Shown here: piece after piece, positions 60,598 through 64,000 of the stretch | Layout of the letters: each line of letters starts with the position of its first letter | How positions within the stretch are numbered: the stretch's first letter is position 1 | From: Candidatus Bathyarchaeota archaeon | GTDB taxonomy: Archaea; Thermoproteota; Bathyarchaeia; Bathyarchaeales; Bathycorpusculaceae | Length of the DNA: 64,000 bases | Direction: 5' to 3' | NCBI GenBank assembly: GCA_963833575.1 | Contig: CAWHXY010000006.1 | Location: forward strand, 128,001 to 192,000 | The notes under the pieces: generated by a model | Databases searched by the model: none | The model's input: the letters and a program-made list of their open reading frames with translations, nothing else | Told to the model about the DNA's origin: nothing | Program-made: the position numbers and the translations under genes

Positions 60598-61500
60598 ATG
60601 TCGTACGACAAAGAAGAACTAGAGAAATTCCGTTTATCTGGAAAAATTCTTCGGGAAACAAGAGAGGAAATGAGAACTCAAGTCAAAGAAAACATGCCAA
60701 TTATCAATGTTTGTGAAAAAGTTGAAAGATTAATCCGCTCTAAAGGAGGCAAACCAGCTTTCCCATGCAACGTGAGCATCAACGAAGTAGCTGCACACTA
60801 CACCTCACCACCAGGAGATGTATCAAAGATACCTGAAGGGTGCACTGTTAAAGTTGACTTAGGTGTCCATGTCGACGGCTACGTGACCGATACCGCATTC
60901 ACAGTAAGTTTTAATTCTGAGGGCAGAAGCATGACAAATACTGCTGAACTGGCTCTAAAGACAGCTCTTGAGAATATCCACGGCGACATGGCGCTTGGTA
61001 AGATCGGTAGCTTAATCGAGACAACAATAAAGAACCGCGGGTTCAAACCTATTTCAAATCTGTGTGGGCATTCGGTTGGAAGATATTTAATTCATGCGGG
61101 ATTATCCATCCCAAACGTCTCACAAGTGTCAATTTCTAAAGTGAAAACTGGTGAAGTTTATGCAATAGAGCCGTTTGTTACTTTACCTGAAGCGGTCGGT
61201 CGAGTTGATGATAGCCCCCAAATAACCATTTACCGCTTACTTAAAACAAAATCTGTAAAAAGCGAATCTGCCAAGAAACTACTCAAGTACATAGAGGCTA
61301 ATTTCAGAACTCTGCCATTCGCTGAACGATGGCTAATCGGCGTGGTACCTAACGAACAACACAAAATAGCTTTTAAAGAGCTGCTTGCATCAAAAGCCGT
61401 TATGGGTTATCCAGTGTTTGTTGAAGTAAGCAAAAAACCCGTTGCTCAAGCTGAGCATACGGTGCTCCTAAAGGATGATGGTTGTGAAGTCTTAACTTAG
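60598..61500 (+). CDS. map: Methionine aminopeptidase type II
   Basis: AFPCNVSINEVAAHY, DLGVHVDG..DTA, GH, AIEPF, QAEHT. Confidence 0.96.
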   Translation: MSYDKEELEKFRLSGKILRETREEMRTQVKENMPIINVCEKVERLIRSKGGKPAFPCNVSINEVAAHYTSPPGDVSKIPEGCTVKVDLGVHVDGYVTDTAFTVSFNSEGRSMTNTAELALKTALENIHGDMALGKIGSLIETTIKNRGFKPISNLCGHSVGRYLIHAGLSIPNVSQVSISKVKTGEVYAIEPFVTLPEAVGRVDDSPQITIYRLLKTKSVKSESAKKLLKYIEANFRTLPFAERWLIGVVPNEQHKIAFKELLASKAVMGYPVFVEVSKKPVAQAEHTVLLKDDGCEVLT

Positions 61501-61931
61501 ACATTATAGGTTTTTTCTTTATCTTTTACTTCTTTGTATATTGCAGTAACCATCTGTCTTGTGTTAGGACATTTTTGGCATGGAACATCAAGTTCTTTGT
61601 AGACGTAATCGCCGCGTTGGAATTCGCGTTGGGTTTTTGAGCCGCACTTGCATTCGATTGTGGTCATTACTTTAGGGGTTTCAATTTTCATTTGTGCTAC
61701 TTGCCTCCTTGATTGGAATAATGTGAACACTGACATTACCAAAGCGACCGCGCCAACGATTCCAAAGAATCCTGCGGTGAGCTGGTTGGTTGAGTTGCCA
61801 GGATTGTCAGCTACCGTGACTCCTGCTATTATTATGGCTACTATTCCAAGAGCTGCTACAATTAAAACAATGAGAGTGAGGTAAGTTGAGATCCGTTTGG
61901 TTGCTGAAGTTTGATTTTGGTTTTGTGTCAT
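61497..61931 (-). CDS. Membrane protein with C-terminal Zn ribbon
   Basis: Two TM helices, CKCG...REFQRGDYV...CQKC. Confidence 0.7.
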   Translation of the reverse strand: MTQNQNQTSATKRISTYLTLIVLIVAALGIVAIIIAGVTVADNPGNSTNQLTAGFFGIVGAVALVMSVFTLFQSRRQVAQMKIETPKVMTTIECKCGSKTQREFQRGDYVYKELDVPCQKCPNTRQMVTAIYKEVKDKEKTYNV

Positions 61932-61944
61932 TGCTTTATCCTCC

Positions 61945-63123
61945 TTATTGTCCTACTCCGATGGAGTTGCCGACTCCAACGATGATGATCTTGTCTCCTT
62001 CTTTGGTTCGCTCTAAGACGACGTTTTTGAGACGTTCAATTACTGGGTCAACTGCATCGTTGATTTCTTTTCGCATTGGTGAAACTGCGTCGCCGATATC
62101 TTCTTTGATGATTACAGCGTTAATTGGAATCTTGTACTTTGTCAGTTTGTCTTCAATCTTAAACTGGTCAACACCTGGTCCACCGATTGCTGCGCCAATA
62201 CCTTCTGCTACTTCGCCGACCTTTTCGCCTTCTAATTTTAAGCCTGCGTCAATCATGATAACCATGCCGATTTTGCCTTCGTTTTCTTCAATGACTGCTT
62301 CAACTGCATCTCCTGGTTTGCCAACATTGCCGCCTGGGCCTTCAGCTTTTATGATTAAAGCTGTGCGTCCTTCAAATGGCACTGTCGCCATAACGCAGTC
62401 TTTGGGTAGTTTTCGGATTTCATAGCCGTGCATTAGTTTTGCAGCGACTAATGGTCCCGCGCCATCTCCGATTGGTTGGCCATATGCAAACGCTTTAAGG
62501 GCGCTTGAGTAGGCTTCTGCTTCTTTCATAACCATTGGCAGAATCATTTGAATCTGCATTATTACGTAGAGACTCAGGGTCTTCTTGCCTTGAATGTAGT
62601 AGTGACGTATGACTTTGTAGATGAAGTTTAACGCCATGGCAGCTTCCAATGTGTTTTCTAAATTGTTCACTTGGACATCATCGCACTGTGGCGCCATCAA
62701 TTTGACTTCGTCTTTCAATCGAGCGTCTCTTACATCGAGGATGTGATCGAGTTTGTAGACTATGCCGGCTGGATCCATGCTTTGTGGCCCAATAGTGAAG
62801 TATTCTAAGTAGCGGTCAACACGAGTAGAAGGATCAACTGCGGGTTTGCCAATTTCTTTTATGGCATCTATAGCGTTTTTGCGTCCTTCTTCTTTGATGT
62901 ACTTTAATTTATGAAGCGAGTTTTCTACTTCTCGAATCATAACGTACATTTGGATTCTCTGACCATAGAAAATCAAAACTATGAAGAACACGTAAGTAAG
63001 CAGGCTTAATACCTGAGTAATTGCATCGCCCCCAGTTCCTAAAAGCTGTGCTTTCGATACGAACGGAGCGGTCACTAAAGACAATATCTGGGTAAATGCG
63101 TTGCTTCCTGGAATAATATTCAA
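61945..63123 (-). CDS. DUF1512 family protein
   Basis: PIGDGAGPLVA, KAEGPGG.VG.PG, IDAGLKLEGE, GVGNSIGVGQ. Confidence 0.85.
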   Translation of the reverse strand: MNIIPGSNAFTQILSLVTAPFVSKAQLLGTGGDAITQVLSLLTYVFFIVLIFYGQRIQMYVMIREVENSLHKLKYIKEEGRKNAIDAIKEIGKPAVDPSTRVDRYLEYFTIGPQSMDPAGIVYKLDHILDVRDARLKDEVKLMAPQCDDVQVNNLENTLEAAMALNFIYKVIRHYYIQGKKTLSLYVIMQIQMILPMVMKEAEAYSSALKAFAYGQPIGDGAGPLVAAKLMHGYEIRKLPKDCVMATVPFEGRTALIIKAEGPGGNVGKPGDAVEAVIEENEGKIGMVIMIDAGLKLEGEKVGEVAEGIGAAIGGPGVDQFKIEDKLTKYKIPINAVIIKEDIGDAVSPMRKEINDAVDPVIERLKNVVLERTKEGDKIIIVGVGNSIGVGQ

Positions 63124-63212
63124 TTTCTACACCACTTCTCAAAAAACTATTAAATGTCAGTTATAAAGCTATGCCATATCTACCCAAGTTTTAAGCTGAA
63201 ATAAATAAAAGA

Positions 63213-63336
63213 GGGCTGCCAGCTTTCCCAGGTTCACGTGGCCTAAGACCACACTACAGCTGGAAACGGAACACGGTTTAACTTCTGAGTTCGGTATGGG
63301 ATCAGGTGGAACCCGTGCCCTATGACCGGCAAACCC
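63213..63336 (-). rRNA. rrf: 5S rRNA
   Basis: Minus strand GGGTTTGCCGGTCATAG...CCTGATCCCATACCGAACTCAGAAGTTAAAC...GCTGGCAGCCC with complementary ends. Confidence 0.93.
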
Positions 63337-63439
63337 AGCAATACTGATTAACGTTCCTAAATAAACCCTTCGTTTTTTTATAAAAAAACTGTTGAAGAAA
63401 TCAAGAATGTTGATGATAAGCAACTTCAAGGACACTTTT

Positions 63440-64000
63440 TTAATTTGTTTTAGCGTCTAAATACATCTGCGCGCAACAATATGAGGAAAAAGAAACTTCA
63501 AAACCTGCACTTTGAGCATATTTAACTGCTTCTTCACTGGGAAAAGCTATGGCTTCAACCCCAGCTTTTAACGCCAAAACATCTGTTTCCCCACGGTTTG
63601 CGCCTTTGGGACGCATGCAACCCAAAACCAAAGGAGTTTCAGGAAACATATTACGAGCTATCATGGCGACTTTGGCTATGTCTATTGGTTTGGGTGGCCG
63701 TGTTTTCGCCATGGTTGTTCCATGGATAGGCATGAACGCGATTATTACTATTGCTGAGGGCTTAATTGTCTTCATCATGTTAAGCGCTTTTAGTTCGCCG
63801 TCTAGTCTGCCCTCATTTAATCCTACAATAACATGGGGCACAAAATTCAGGCCTGCAGCATCAATGGCTTTTAATGATTTTGAGTAATCTTCTGGGGTTA
63901 CAGTAAGGTTGTAAATCTTCTTTATTGTTTCACCTGAACCTATGACGTCAATCAAGACTGCATCAACTCCAGCATCCTTAAGCGAAACAGCAGTTTCCAA
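63440..64000 (-). CDS. Radical SAM protein (biotin-synthase-like), C-terminal part
   Basis: VPHVIVGL, FMPIHGT.M, LGCMRP, CCA. Truncated at the window end. Confidence 0.7.
   Translation of the reverse strand: METAVSLKDAGVDAVLIDVIGSGETIKKIYNLTVTPEDYSKSLKAIDAAGLNFVPHVIVGLNEGRLDGELKALNMMKTIKPSAIVIIAFMPIHGTTMAKTRPPKPIDIAKVAMIARNMFPETPLVLGCMRPKGANRGETDVLALKAGVEAIAFPSEEAVKYAQSAGFEVSFSSYCCAQMYLDAKTN

Noticed and set aside
61886-62425. Long antisense ORFs such as 61886..62425, 17277..17696 and 57512..57961
   Set aside because: They lie opposite well-supported conserved genes and have no motifs of their own.
63169-63435. 88-aa ORF
   Set aside because: Shadow ORF over the 5S rRNA.

Overview
Archaeal chromosome segment. 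The gene content (mch, PGI/PMI, ino1, DUF1512, archaeal PheRS, TrpRS and r-proteins, 'PSVPEFTL' secreted proteins) suggests Bathyarchaeia, which is an inference. The main result is two related small integrated elements. E1 (1638-5961, 4318-bp circle) splits a DUF763 gene at a 6-bp AAAGCT repeat. E2 (17892-22481, 4574-bp circle) is flanked by a 16-bp repeat that looks like the BRE/TATA promoter of tRNA-Ala(GGC). Both encode a Zn-finger HUH rolling-circle Rep, small Cys-rich proteins, an identical 70-aa two-helix hydrophobic protein resembling spindle-shaped or filamentous virus coat proteins, an RHH-like regulator and a tyrosine integrase. The integrases share only their N-terminal Zn-ribbon part, so the catalytic domain and att site appear to have been exchanged as a module. 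Excising E1 in silico restores the host DUF763 frame and also creates a 90-aa element ORF across attP. On the 3' side of tRNA-Ala is an AT-rich, integrase-less island (about 22596-27638, degenerate tRNA repeat at the far end). It carries an SMC-like ATPase, a SocA/Panacea-like protein and a frameshifted DisA-type diadenylate cyclase, and is a candidate defence system. The rest is mostly housekeeping, with a 5S rRNA, a VapBC pair, a glycosyltransferase cluster and three paralogous nucleotidyltransferases. All family calls come from motif recognition, not database searches.
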